This document shows positions 38,093-47,963 of a DNA stretch of 64,000 nucleotides, piece by piece. The position numbers were made by a program, and so were the translations under genes. Numbering within the stretch: position 1 is the first letter of the stretch; each line of letters opens with the position of its first letter. Origin of the DNA: Parcubacteria group bacterium LiPW_41 (GTDB lineage: Bacteria > Patescibacteriota > Minisyncoccia > UBA6257 > GWB1-50-10); the NCBI GenBank assembly GCA_007375535.1, contig VMEM01000002.1, forward strand, positions 84,265-148,264. The letters run 5' to 3'. A model generated the notes under the pieces. That model did no database searches and was not told the origin of the DNA. It saw only the letters and a program-made list of their open reading frames with translations.

Positions 38093-38398
38093 ATGCATAT
38101 ACGAAAAGGAGACAATGTAAAAATGCTTGCAGGAAAAGACCGAGGAAAGACCGGTAAGGTTTTGCATGTTGATACAAAAACATTGCGAGTAACTGTTGAG
38201 GGTTGCAATATGGCAAAGCGTCATATGAGACCAAAGAAACAAGGAGAGAAGGGTGAAATCGTTTTAATCCCACGATCAACAAACATTTCAAATGTTGCGA
38301 TTGTGTGTGGAAATTGTAAAAAAACTGCACGTATTCAATATCGTGTAGATGGAAAGTCAAAGGTCCGCGTATGCGCGAAATGCGATGCGGCATTATAA
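38093..38398 (+). CDS. rplX: 50S ribosomal protein L24 with a C-terminal Cys4 zinc ribbon
   Basis: KOW motif: KGDNVKMLAGKDRGKTGKV; C-terminal CGNCKK...CAKCD. Confidence 0.85.
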   Translation: MHIRKGDNVKMLAGKDRGKTGKVLHVDTKTLRVTVEGCNMAKRHMRPKKQGEKGEIVLIPRSTNISNVAIVCGNCKKTARIQYRVDGKSKVRVCAKCDAAL

Positions 38399-38408
38399 AC
38401 TGGAAACC

Positions 38409-38924
38409 ATGACTACAAAAAAACATATAAAAAAAGAAGAGATTCCATTTTCGAAAATTGTTGTGAACGTTGGAATCGGAAAAATGAGAAGCATTGCACA
38501 GTTCGATGATAAGGTACTTCCTGCAATCATGGAGGAGCTCCGCACTATCACTGGCCAGAAGCCAGCGATTCGAAAAGCGCGTCAATCAATCTCAAGTTTT
38601 AAAATTCGCCAGGGTGAAACCGTGGGACTTCAGGTTACTTTCCGAGGAAAGAGGATGATGGACTTTTTCACTCGTCTTGTGGTAACTGCACTTCCTCGTG
38701 TAAAAGATTTTCGTGGGCTTCCATTATCAAATGTGGATGGTCATGGAATTTTGAATCTTGGAGTGCGCGAACAAACAGTATTTCCTGAAATTATTGCAGA
38801 AAAATCATTTCATTCGTTTGGAATTCAAGTAACAATTGTTCCAAAGAAACGAATGGTACGGGAAGATGCAATTGAAATGTATAGGTCGCTTGGAGTGCCG
38901 TTGAAGCGGTCTGAAAAAGATTAA
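38409..38924 (+). CDS. rplE: 50S ribosomal protein L5 with a shortened N-terminus. The ORF track starts at 38349
   Basis: IVVNVGIGK...; FRGLPL...[19 protein letters not shown]. Confidence 0.85.
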   Translation: MTTKKHIKKEEIPFSKIVVNVGIGKMRSIAQFDDKVLPAIMEELRTITGQKPAIRKARQSISSFKIRQGETVGLQVTFRGKRMMDFFTRLVVTALPRVKDFRGLPLSNVDGHGILNLGVREQTVFPEIIAEKSFHSFGIQVTIVPKKRMVREDAIEMYRSLGVPLKRSEKD

Positions 38925-38935
38925 TATTTGAAATT

Positions 38936-39121
38936 ATGGCAAAAACATCAGTAATTGCGCGATCAAAAAAGAAGCCGAAATATTCCACACGTGAAGTGCG
39001 ACGCTGTTTCCGTTGCGGGAGAAAGCGAGGATTTATGCGAGATTTTAACCTCTGCAGAATCTGTTTCCGTGAGCTTGCGCAAAAGGGCGAGATTCCAGGA
39101 ATAAAGAAGTCGTCGTGGTAA
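38936..39121 (+). CDS. rpsN: 30S ribosomal protein S14, zinc-binding type Z
   Basis: 61 aa; [25 protein letters not shown]. Confidence 0.9.
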   Translation: MAKTSVIARSKKKPKYSTREVRRCFRCGRKRGFMRDFNLCRICFRELAQKGEIPGIKKSSW

Positions 39122-39131
39122 GTGTATTCAT

Positions 39132-39503
39132 ATGTATATTGATTTGTTAATAAAATTAAAGAATGCTCAAGCAGTAGAGAAGTACTCTATAAAAACCCGC
39201 CATACAAAAATGGATTATGCGGTTGCTGAAATTTTAAATCGTTTTGGATTTATTAAGAGCATTGAGGTAAAAGGAAAGTCATACAAAAAGGTGATTGAGA
39301 TTGATATTAATCCTGATCGTCCAATTAGAGGTATTAAACTTTTAAGTAAGCCATCAGTGCATCGATACGCATCGTATCGTGATTTTCAGAAAGTGAAGAG
39401 CGGACACGGACTTCTTGTAGTATCAACTTCAAAGGGTATTAAAACTGGAGATGATGCAAAGAAGGAAAAAGTCGGAGGGGAAATGTTATTCGAAATTTGG
39501 TAA
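39132..39503 (+). CDS. rpsH: 30S ribosomal protein S8
   Basis: DLLIKLKNAQAVEK...ISTSKGIKTGDDAKKEKVGGEMLFEIW. Confidence 0.9.
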   Translation: MYIDLLIKLKNAQAVEKYSIKTRHTKMDYAVAEILNRFGFIKSIEVKGKSYKKVIEIDINPDRPIRGIKLLSKPSVHRYASYRDFQKVKSGHGLLVVSTSKGIKTGDDAKKEKVGGEMLFEIW

Positions 39504-39510
39504 AAAAAAT

Positions 39511-40056
39511 ATGTCAAAAATTGGAAAAAAACCAATAGAAATTCCAAATGGTGTCACTATTTCGATTGATAAGAAAGTGATTACTATTTCTAATGGAAAA
39601 CAGACTCTCTCTGCGAATCTTCCTGAAGGCGTTGAATCTTCGATTGAAGGAAATGTGTTAACATTCACTCTCTTGAAGCAGTCAAAGCAGGCACGAAGTA
39701 ATTGGGGAACTGTCCGTGCGTTGGTTCAAAATGCAATTGAAGGGTTAACAAAAGGATATGAAAAAACCCTTATTCTTGAAGGAGTTGGTTATAAAATGGC
39801 TAAGGATGGAAATGATCTAAATTTAAACTTGGGATTTTCGCATCCAGTAAAGTATAAGACACCAGAACATATTACATTTGAAGTAGAAAAAAATACTATT
39901 TTGAAAATAAAAGGTTTTGACAAAGCGCTTGTTGGGCAGGTTGCTGCAGAGATTCGCGCAATGAAAAAGCCGGAGCCATATAAAGGAAAGGGATTCCATT
40001 ATTCAACTGAGGTCGTGAAGAGAAAAGCGGGAAAGAAAGCCGCATCGGGAAAATAA
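39511..40056 (+). CDS. rplF: 50S ribosomal protein L6. The ORF track starts at 39451
   Basis: MSKIGKKPIEIPNGVTISID; two L6 domains. Confidence 0.9.
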   Translation: MSKIGKKPIEIPNGVTISIDKKVITISNGKQTLSANLPEGVESSIEGNVLTFTLLKQSKQARSNWGTVRALVQNAIEGLTKGYEKTLILEGVGYKMAKDGNDLNLNLGFSHPVKYKTPEHITFEVEKNTILKIKGFDKALVGQVAAEIRAMKKPEPYKGKGFHYSTEVVKRKAGKKAASGK

Positions 40057-40064
40057 ACTGACCT

Positions 40065-40418
40065 ATGAACGTAGCAAAGAAACAAAAAGTACAAAAAGAA
40101 CGTCGAGCACAACGAGTGCGAGCAGGTGTTCGTGGGACAGCTGAACGACCACGTCTCTCTGTTTTTCGAAGTAATGCGTATGTCTATGCGCAGGTTATTG
40201 ATGACACAAGCGGACTCACTCTTGCGTCGGCAAGTTCTCGAGAGATGAAAAAGAAGGGGGCAACTATGGAAGGAGCAAAATATGTTGGGAAGACAGTTGC
40301 AACTCGTGCAAAAGAAAAAGGGGTGAAGTGTGCAGTATTTGATCGCGGAATGTATCGATATCACGGTCGCGTAAAGGCGCTTGCGGAAGCAGTGCGCGAA
40401 GAAGGGATACAAATGTAA
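40065..40418 (+). CDS. rplR: 50S ribosomal protein L18
   Basis: [18 protein letters not shown]... Confidence 0.9.
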   Translation: MNVAKKQKVQKERRAQRVRAGVRGTAERPRLSVFRSNAYVYAQVIDDTSGLTLASASSREMKKKGATMEGAKYVGKTVATRAKEKGVKCAVFDRGMYRYHGRVKALAEAVREEGIQM

Positions 40419-40420
40419 TT

Positions 40421-41029
40421 ATGGAAACAAAACAGACACAAACACCAGGTCAAAACAATGGAGCGCCAGCAGGAGGACGATTTAATCCTCGTGGTGCACG
40501 CACTGGCCAGCGTCCAGGAAGCGGGTTTTCTCGTGGTCCAGGAGGTCCAGGCGGAAGAGGCCCATCACGACGACCGCTTGTTAAAAAGAGTGAATATAAA
40601 GAAAAAGTAATTGAAGTTCGTCGCGTTACTCGTGTTGTTGCAGGAGGAAAGCGTTTTAGTTTCCGAGCAACGGTTGTAGTAGGTGATTATCGCGGACGAG
40701 TTGGTATTGGTATAGCAAAAGGATTGGACTTTGCAGCAGCGGTAATGAAAGCACAACGAAAAGCGGAACAAGAAGTAGTGAAAGTTGAACTCTTAGAAAA
40801 TCGAACTGTTCCATATATGATTGAGGCAAAATATGGTGCAGCAAAAGTTCGTATTAAACCAGCAGCAAAAGGACATGGACTTATTGCAGGAGGATCACTT
40901 CGAACTGTTCTTGAACTTGTGGGAATCAGAGATGTTTCTGCAAAAATTGTAGGTCGCACAAAAAATAAAATTGCGAATGCACAGGCAGGAATCGTAGCAT
41001 TGAAGAGCATTCATACAAATAAGAAATAA
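40421..41029 (+). CDS. rpsE: 30S ribosomal protein S5 with a Gly/Pro/Arg-rich N-terminal extension
   Basis: VIEVRRVTRVVAGGKRFSFRATVVVGDYRGRVGIGIAKG. Confidence 0.9.
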   Translation: METKQTQTPGQNNGAPAGGRFNPRGARTGQRPGSGFSRGPGGPGGRGPSRRPLVKKSEYKEKVIEVRRVTRVVAGGKRFSFRATVVVGDYRGRVGIGIAKGLDFAAAVMKAQRKAEQEVVKVELLENRTVPYMIEAKYGAAKVRIKPAAKGHGLIAGGSLRTVLELVGIRDVSAKIVGRTKNKIANAQAGIVALKSIHTNKK

Positions 41030-41031
41030 TT

Positions 41032-41451
41032 ATGCAACTTCACGAATTAAAACCAAAAACACAATCAACATCAAAGAAGCGTGTAGGACGTGGAGGTACG
41101 CGTGGAAAAACTTCGGGACGTGGAGAAAAAGGACAGGGGGCACGCTCAGGAAGAAAGTATCGTCCAGCAGAGCGCGATTTATATATGCGCATTCCTAAAC
41201 TTCGCGGTGTTAAGAATTTGAGAAAATCACATCCTGCATTTGCATTAAATATTGGATTGATTGCAAAACTTGGAATTGCAGAAGTCACAAAGCAGATATT
41301 GGTTGAGAAGGGATTTATTTCAACTATCAAGCAACCAGTAAAGGTGCTTTCAGTAGGAGAGATAAAGAAACCAGTTACTATCGCAAAAGGAATTAAAATT
41401 TCAAAAGAAGCTCAGAAAAAGATTGAAGCCGCAGGAGGAAAAATTGAGTAG
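41032..41451 (+). CDS. rplO: 50S ribosomal protein L15, directly after S5 with no L30 gene between them
   Basis: MQLHELKPKTQSTSKKRVGRGGTRGKTSGRGEKGQ. Confidence 0.9.
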   Translation: MQLHELKPKTQSTSKKRVGRGGTRGKTSGRGEKGQGARSGRKYRPAERDLYMRIPKLRGVKNLRKSHPAFALNIGLIAKLGIAEVTKQILVEKGFISTIKQPVKVLSVGEIKKPVTIAKGIKISKEAQKKIEAAGGKIE

Positions 41452-41465
41452 TATTATTTCTATCA

Positions 41466-42737
41466 ATGAAAAAATTTCTCGCAATTTTTAAACATGTAGA
41501 TCTTCGCAAGAAAGTTCTTGCGGTTTTGGGTTTGCTTGCAGTGTATCGTTTGCTTTCTGCAATCCCAATTCCTGGAGTTGATGTTTCGAAACTCCAACAG
41601 TTTTTTGAATCAAACCAAATGTTTGGTTTGTTAAATATGTTTTCTGGAGGGGGATTAAGCAATCTTTCTATTGTAATGCTTGCAGTGGGTCCGTATATCA
41701 CTGGAAGTATTATCATGCAGCTTCTTACAATAATATTTCCAAATTTGAAGAAGGCATATTACGAGGAGGGCGCATCGGGACGAGCAAAATTTAATCGAAT
41801 CACTCGATATATTTCTGTTCCACTTGCAGCACTTCAAGGGTATGGGTTTTTGAATTTGTTAATGGCGCAGAACGTTATTTCACGACTCCCATTATTTGAT
41901 GTTATTACTAATGTTGCAATTATTACTGCAGGAAGCGTACTTGTAATGTGGATTGGGGAGCTTATTTCTGAATTTAAAGTTGGAAATGGTATTTCATTAC
42001 TTATTTTTGCGGGTATCATAAGCGCTGCACCTCAGGCTCTTACTTCAGCATTTTTGAACTATTCTCCATCACTTTTGATTACCTACATTGTATTTGCAAT
42101 TATCGGAGTAATTGTTATTGCTGGTGTGGTGTTTGTGAATGAGGGAGAACGAAAAGTTCCTGTCTCGTATGCAAAGCAGGTGAGGGGAATGAAAATGTAT
42201 GGCGGTGCGTCCACCTACCTTCCACTTAAAGTGAACCAAGCTGGTGTTATTCCAATCATTTTTGCGATATCAATTCTTTTATTCCCACAGTTTATTGCAC
42301 AATCGATGTCGATTATTTCTCCTGAGCTTTCTTTGTCTTTAAATGCTTGGGTTACAAAATTCTTTAATAATCATTACATTTATAGTACTTTATACTTTAT
42401 CCTTGTGGTGATGTTTACGTACTTCTATACTGCAGTAACTTTTGATCCAAGTGAGATTTCAAAGAATCTTCAGAAGAGTGGCGGATTTATTCCAGGTATT
42501 CGTCCAGGTCAAGCAACAACTGATGTTATTGCAAAAACAGTCCATCGAACTACATTATTTGGCGCATTATTTCTTGGTGTTATTGCGGTGCTTCCAAACA
42601 TCACGCAGATAATAACAGGAATTCAATCATTAAAGCTTGGAGGAACGGGACTCTTAATCGTGGTGTCTGTTGCACTTGAATCAATGAAGCAGGTTGAATC
42701 GCAACTCTCTCTTCGAGAATACGATAATAACTTCTAG
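41466..42737 (+). CDS. secY: Preprotein translocase SecY
   Basis: 423 aa, 10 TM segments; LAVYRLLSAIPIPGVD; GGGLSNLSIVMLAVGPYITGSIIMQLL. Followed by the terminator aaaaaagccgcatttaatgcggttttttg at 42738-42766. Confidence 0.95.
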   Translation: MKKFLAIFKHVDLRKKVLAVLGLLAVYRLLSAIPIPGVDVSKLQQFFESNQMFGLLNMFSGGGLSNLSIVMLAVGPYITGSIIMQLLTIIFPNLKKAYYEEGASGRAKFNRITRYISVPLAALQGYGFLNLLMAQNVISRLPLFDVITNVAIITAGSVLVMWIGELISEFKVGNGISLLIFAGIISAAPQALTSAFLNYSPSLLITYIVFAIIGVIVIAGVVFVNEGERKVPVSYAKQVRGMKMYGGASTYLPLKVNQAGVIPIIFAISILLFPQFIAQSMSIISPELSLSLNAWVTKFFNNHYIYSTLYFILVVMFTYFYTAVTFDPSEISKNLQKSGGFIPGIRPGQATTDVIAKTVHRTTLFGALFLGVIAVLPNITQIITGIQSLKLGGTGLLIVVSVALESMKQVESQLSLREYDNNF

Positions 42738-42771
42738 AAAAAAGCCGCATTTAATGCGGTTTTTTGTTACA

Positions 42772-42800
42772 TTGACATTTTAGCAAAAAAGGTGTATAAT
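42772..42800 (+). promoter_or_regulatory. Consensus sigma-70 promoter
   Basis: TTGACA, 17 nt, TATAAT. Confidence 0.55.
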
Positions 42801-42838
42801 TATTTCACAATTCATTAATAATTAGGCAGAGGTAAAAA

Positions 42839-43171
42839 ATGAAAAAGGTTTCAATTTTTTTGGTTGCAATTCTTATAAGTTCGCTTTTTACTGGGTGTTT
42901 TAAAGAATCAAAAAAGGTTTCACATTCGAAACAGGTTGAAAATACTATAAGTAAATTTGATTTTGCGAAACGGGGAAACAAATGGTATCCAGTTAGAAAT
43001 GTATTAAGAGAAGGCAAGGAAATAAATATTGAAATATGTTTAGATCCTTATGGTTCGAATAAACTCTTTGTTTTCGAGATTTCTGAATTTGATTCAGTAA
43101 TTCAAAGAGGATATGATTCGCAAAAATGGCAAAAATTGGCGACAGAATATATTGAGTCGCGAAACTTTTAA
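42839..43171 (+). CDS. Hypothetical lipoprotein
   Basis: Signal peptide with a lipobox-like LFTGC. Confidence 0.45.
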   Translation: MKKVSIFLVAILISSLFTGCFKESKKVSHSKQVENTISKFDFAKRGNKWYPVRNVLREGKEINIEICLDPYGSNKLFVFEISEFDSVIQRGYDSQKWQKLATEYIESRNF

Positions 43172-43230
43172 TAACAGTGAGTTCCGTATTGTGCGGAGCT
43201 CTTTTTTTTCAATAAGGTATAATTAAATAA

Positions 43231-44085
43231 ATGGAGCGGCTTACTGAAAAAAAGCTTGCGCACTTGTATACGAATGCGAATCGTATTCGTGAGCTTATAA
43301 TTGAGTCACTATTGCATGCGGGCTCTGGTCACTCTGCAGGACCTCTTGGAATGGCAGATATTTTTTCTGCACTTTATTTTCATATACTTACCCACAACCC
43401 GAAAGATGCTCTGTGGGATGAGAGAGACCGCGTAGTACTCTCAAATGGGCATATTTGCCCCGTACAGTACGCCACACTTGCCTTGGCTGGATATTTCCCT
43501 ATAAAGGAACTTCTTACTCTTAGGAAGATTGATTCGCGACTTCAAGGACACCCACATCGAAATTCGATTCCAGGAATTGAGACAACTTCAGGGCCATTAG
43601 GTTCGGGGCTTTCTCAATCAATTGGTATGGCACTTGCGTTATCGCTTGATAAGAAACGTAATCGAGTTTATTGCATGATGTCGGATGGCGAACACCAAGA
43701 AGGAAATACATGGGAGGCAGTTATGTTTGCAGGAAAAAAGAAACTTTCGAATCTTACGGCAATTATTGATAGAAACAATATTCAAATTGATGGATTTACT
43801 GAAGACACAATGCCACTTGAACCATTTCGAAAAAAATATGAGGCGTTTGGATGGAATGTTATTGATGTAGACGGACACAACATAGAAGAATTTATTTATT
43901 CAGTATTAGAGGCGCAGGCGGTGTATGAAAAACCGACTGCAATTTTAGCACACACAATTCCAGGGAAGGGGGTTACATTTATGGAACGAAATTATTTGTG
44001 GCATGGAAAATCTCCAAATAAGGAAGAAGCAGAACGAGCAATAAAGGAAATTAGGTCGCTTGGAAATAAAATTTCACACGAATAG
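43231..44085 (+). CDS. tktA: Transketolase, N-terminal (thiamine pyrophosphate-binding) subunit
   Basis: GHSAGPLGMADIFSALYF; GPLGSGLSQSIGMALA; split-type transketolase. Confidence 0.85.
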   Translation: MERLTEKKLAHLYTNANRIRELIIESLLHAGSGHSAGPLGMADIFSALYFHILTHNPKDALWDERDRVVLSNGHICPVQYATLALAGYFPIKELLTLRKIDSRLQGHPHRNSIPGIETTSGPLGSGLSQSIGMALALSLDKKRNRVYCMMSDGEHQEGNTWEAVMFAGKKKLSNLTAIIDRNNIQIDGFTEDTMPLEPFRKKYEAFGWNVIDVDGHNIEEFIYSVLEAQAVYEKPTAILAHTIPGKGVTFMERNYLWHGKSPNKEEAERAIKEIRSLGNKISHE

Positions 44086-44098
44086 TTTTGATATTTAT

Positions 44099-45091
44099 AT
44101 GAACAATGAAGAGATGAAATTAAATAGTAAGTTTTTTTCTCACGCACCGGATGAGGCACCAACTCGTGATGGGTTTGGTGATGCATTGGTAGAATTAGGA
44201 AAAGAAAATGAACGAGTAGTTGCACTTACTGCGGATCTAAAGGAATCAACACGTGTTGAAGCGTTTTCGAAACAATTTCCAGAACGATTTTTTGAGGTGG
44301 GCGTTGCGGAACAAAACCTTGTTACCATTGCTGCGGGACTTGCGGTGATGGGAAAGGTTCCATTTATCACTTCATATGCAACATTTTCTCCAGGAAGAAA
44401 TTGGGAACAGATTCGTACTACAGTGTGCTACAACGATGTGAATGTGAATATTGCAGGTCATCATGCAGGATTAATGACGGGTCCTGATGGAGCAACTCAC
44501 CAAGCCCTTGAAGATATTGCGCTCATGCGAACGCTTCCAAATATGACTGTGTTTGTTCCTTGTGATAAAGAAGAGGCGCGCAAAGCAACAAAAGCAATGA
44601 CACATATAAAAGGAGGGGGGTATATCCGTCTTTCCCGTGATGTCTCGCCAATTATTACTACAAAAGAAACCCCGTTTATTCCCGGAAAAGCGAATGTATT
44701 ATGGGAATCAAAACGACCAAAAGTTACTATTTTTGCATGCGGCACAATGGTGTCTCGTGCACTCTATGCCGCAGAAGAATTAGAAAAGGAAGGAATTGGA
44801 TCGATAGTAATTAATATTCATACTATTAAACCAATTGATTCAAAAACGATTATTGCTTATGCAAAGAAAACAAAATGTGTAGTGACTGCAGAGGAGCATC
44901 AGATAGCGGGAGGATTGGGGAGTGTGGTTGCTGAAGTGCTCGCAATGAATTTTCCAGTGCCACAAGAATTTGTTGGGGTGAAGGATACGTTTGGTGAATC
45001 AGGAACGCCAAATGAACTTTTTGAAAAATATGGATTGGGGATTAAGGATATAAAAGAAGCAGTAAAAAACGTAGTAGTTCGTATAAAGTAG
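44099..45091 (+). CDS. tktB: Transketolase, C-terminal (pyrimidine-binding) subunit. The ORF track starts at the TTG at 44060
   Basis: TRDGFGDALVELGKENERVVALTADL; FFEVGVAEQNLVTIAAGLA. Confidence 0.85.
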   Translation: MNNEEMKLNSKFFSHAPDEAPTRDGFGDALVELGKENERVVALTADLKESTRVEAFSKQFPERFFEVGVAEQNLVTIAAGLAVMGKVPFITSYATFSPGRNWEQIRTTVCYNDVNVNIAGHHAGLMTGPDGATHQALEDIALMRTLPNMTVFVPCDKEEARKATKAMTHIKGGGYIRLSRDVSPIITTKETPFIPGKANVLWESKRPKVTIFACGTMVSRALYAAEELEKEGIGSIVINIHTIKPIDSKTIIAYAKKTKCVVTAEEHQIAGGLGSVVAEVLAMNFPVPQEFVGVKDTFGESGTPNELFEKYGLGIKDIKEAVKNVVVRIK

Positions 45092-45118
45092 TAAGTATTA
45101 CGTATAAAAATCCCGCCA

Positions 45119-45523
45119 TTAGGCGGGTTTTTTCAAATGATATAAAGAAATTATTGCAATAACTAGAAGCGCAGACAACCATAATGAGTGATACCGAAGA
45201 TTAAAGAGATTGTCGGCAACATTTGTAAGTTCAAGTAGCTTTGCAAATGTTGAGAGTGCATTCATAAGGATTGGTAATACTAGCCATAAGGCGAATATAC
45301 GAACACCTTTTGTAAAACTCTCAATCCATCCGTAAAGTTGATTTGGAGCTCTTTCCAATAATCGATTTTTAGCGAATGCAAGAAATATTATAATCGCAAT
45401 AGGTGCTCCGATAAAAATATCAATTGATTCGGGTGGAAATGCACCATCTCCACTAAAAAATCGATATCCAATCATCATCACAACGCTTATTACCGTCCAG
45501 ATAACAAGTAACAGTACGTACAT
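45119..45523 (-). CDS. Hypothetical membrane protein
   Basis: Four predicted TM segments. The terminator aaaaatcccgccattaggcgggttttttc at 45106-45134 is shared with tkt. Confidence 0.45.
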   Translation of the reverse strand: MYVLLLVIWTVISVVMMIGYRFFSGDGAFPPESIDIFIGAPIAIIIFLAFAKNRLLERAPNQLYGWIESFTKGVRIFALWLVLPILMNALSTFAKLLELTNVADNLFNLRYHSLWLSALLVIAIISLYHLKKPA

Positions 45524-45683
45524 TGGTTACTCTCCTATTATTTTAATGATATTTATATAATACATTCAATTTAGCAAAAAGTCAATAGTAAAAATCCGCA
45601 TAAAATCAAGGTTTTCTTGATGTCCGAGTTGCTAACCCCTAGAACCTATACCCTATGCCTTAAACCCTATATACTATCTCTAT

Positions 45684-46685
45684 ATGCTTGATGTGATAAC
45701 ACTAGGGACGGTTACTAACGATTTATTTTTAGAAAGCAAATTATTTAAACCAATTCACGATTCCAATTTTCCTAAAAAAGATTTCCCGACGGGAAATGCT
45801 GAATGTTTTGCGTTGGGGTCAAAATTATATATAGACGCACTTACTCAAACGATTGGTGGAGATGCGGTAAATGCTGGAGTGACATTTGCACGTCAGGGGT
45901 TCCAGACAGGATTTGTTGGAAAACTTGGGACCGATCAAAATATAAAAGTAATTCAAGATCAGCTAAAGAAGGAAAAGATAAAATTGCTTACGAAGAATCA
46001 ATCAAGGAAACAAACAGACACATCAGTAATTCTTTTATCTCCAACTGGTGAGCGTACTATTTTAGTTTCGCGTGGAGCGTCAAGCGATTTTTCTGCGAAA
46101 GATATTCCAGCAGCAAAGGCGAAGTGGTGGTATATCGCTCCAGGAAAGATTTCATCTTCGATTATTCTTGATTTAGTAAAGAAGTTAAAAAAAGAAAATA
46201 CGAGTATTGCGTTTAACCCGTCGGGGCATTATATAGAACACGAACGACAGGCATTAAAAACAATTTGTGGATATGCTGATGTGGTTATTGTAAATCGAGA
46301 AGAAGGAGCAAAAATTACTGAAAAACCATACGAAAAAATAAAAGATACATTTAAGGCATTTGATGCAATGGTGCATGGTATTGCGGTGTTAACTGATGGA
46401 CCAGACGGCGCATATGTCTCTGATGGAAGAATGATGTATCGATCTCGCGCATTTAAAGAAAAAAAACTTGTGGATCGTACTGGTGCTGGGGACGCATTTG
46501 GTTCTGGTTTTATCGCTGGATTTATTCAAAAAAATGATATTGGATATGCACTTCGATTGGCCTCAGCAAATGCAACATCGGTAGTGGAACATTTAGGTGC
46601 GCAGAAAGGAATTCTTTCAAAGAAAGATTTTTCTGCTTCTCGATGGAAATTTGTTGATCTTGATGTTGAATCATTACACTCATAA
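45684..46685 (+). CDS. PfkB-family carbohydrate kinase
   Basis: DRTGAGDAFGSGFIAG (PfkB signature 2); GGDAVNAGV. Confidence 0.8.
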   Translation: MLDVITLGTVTNDLFLESKLFKPIHDSNFPKKDFPTGNAECFALGSKLYIDALTQTIGGDAVNAGVTFARQGFQTGFVGKLGTDQNIKVIQDQLKKEKIKLLTKNQSRKQTDTSVILLSPTGERTILVSRGASSDFSAKDIPAAKAKWWYIAPGKISSSIILDLVKKLKKENTSIAFNPSGHYIEHERQALKTICGYADVVIVNREEGAKITEKPYEKIKDTFKAFDAMVHGIAVLTDGPDGAYVSDGRMMYRSRAFKEKKLVDRTGAGDAFGSGFIAGFIQKNDIGYALRLASANATSVVEHLGAQKGILSKKDFSASRWKFVDLDVESLHS

Positions 46686-46690
46686 ATTTT

Positions 46691-47950
46691 ATGGAAAATA
46701 ATGCACACGATTTAATTGCTAGAATTTTGCGTTCTGACAAAGATGATATCAGAGTGCTCGAAGAACATCTTTCAAAGCGCACCGGAAGACAGGATGTATT
46801 TTCTAAAATAGCATTTGAAAATGAAGAAAAAGTAAGTGAGCGGTTAAAAAAATTTGGACTTCCTCGGAACGCAAAAGCGAAGGATGTGTATGATGCTTTG
46901 ATAAAAAAAGTTCAAGAGCATGACAAGGACATCCGTGAAGCAATAAAAGGAAATGATTCTTCTGGTACTGATTTTGAGGCAGTAGTGCGCGCAGTAAAGA
47001 GTGTCGCGAATATTCCCAATGGATATTTCATAAAAAAAGAAAAACTCGTTCAGTTTCTTTATAATGAGCCACCACAGAAAGTAATGGAATTTCTTGGGTA
47101 TGAAAATCCTCTGGATATGGTTCAGAAAGAGGATTTGTTTGAGATTATGAGCGCTTTGAGATTCATCGAAGGAAATGAGTGGCTTAATGAACGATTTTTT
47201 AAACAGTATAAAGTTCTCACCCCAGATGATTTTGAAGAACGACCAGTAGAAATTCGTGTACTTTCTGAAAAGTGGGGAAGATATGCAAAAGACTTTGTAA
47301 AAAAGAAATGGCACAATGTGAGTCATTTAAAGGAATTTGGATCAATTTTTGTTATTCCAATTTCACTTGATATTCCTGGAGAAACATTACGAACGCTTAG
47401 TTTGGTATTCCATTACACGCACGAAATACCTTTTTATTCGGATATAATTCGCGAACTTTCAAAACAACCCGATTCATTTTCTGAAAATGTACTTTCTCTT
47501 TTGCGTGGAGATACACCTGACGAGCGGTTTACACAAAATTCCCACAGTACCAGATTTCTTGTGATTCAACGGTATCTTGCAAAAGATGACGAAAATGATT
47601 GGCGATTGTTTGTTCCTCGGATTAATCCAGAAGCACTTCACTGGCTTCGTGCAGAGGAGGATTTAAATAAATTAAGTGGAACATTTGGTCATTCAGGAAA
47701 AGAGCTCCATTTTTGGAATGATTTTGATTGGGTGGGGGATTTTTTCCGTGACGATGTGGGAAATGAAGTTTTAGTAAGTTTTGATTTAGTAGACACAGTA
47801 ATGAGTTTGGTAATGCAAAAAAATATGGTGAAATATCTCTATCATCATCAGGAGGCATTGTGGAATAAGATCTTTATTGAATATTTTTCAATTGTCGAAT
47901 TAGAAAAATACGCAAAAAAACATCTCCTTCATGGATGGTTTGAGTTATAG
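46691..47950 (+). CDS. Conserved hypothetical protein (419 aa) lying between the kinase and the aldolase
   Basis: ORF only. 5 nt downstream of the kinase, and it overlaps the aldolase ORF start. Confidence 0.5.
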   Translation: MENNAHDLIARILRSDKDDIRVLEEHLSKRTGRQDVFSKIAFENEEKVSERLKKFGLPRNAKAKDVYDALIKKVQEHDKDIREAIKGNDSSGTDFEAVVRAVKSVANIPNGYFIKKEKLVQFLYNEPPQKVMEFLGYENPLDMVQKEDLFEIMSALRFIEGNEWLNERFFKQYKVLTPDDFEERPVEIRVLSEKWGRYAKDFVKKKWHNVSHLKEFGSIFVIPISLDIPGETLRTLSLVFHYTHEIPFYSDIIRELSKQPDSFSENVLSLLRGDTPDERFTQNSHSTRFLVIQRYLAKDDENDWRLFVPRINPEALHWLRAEEDLNKLSGTFGHSGKELHFWNDFDWVGDFFRDDVGNEVLVSFDLVDTVMSLVMQKNMVKYLYHHQEALWNKIFIEYFSIVELEKYAKKHLLHGWFEL

Positions 47951-47963
47951 TTATTTTAGTAAT

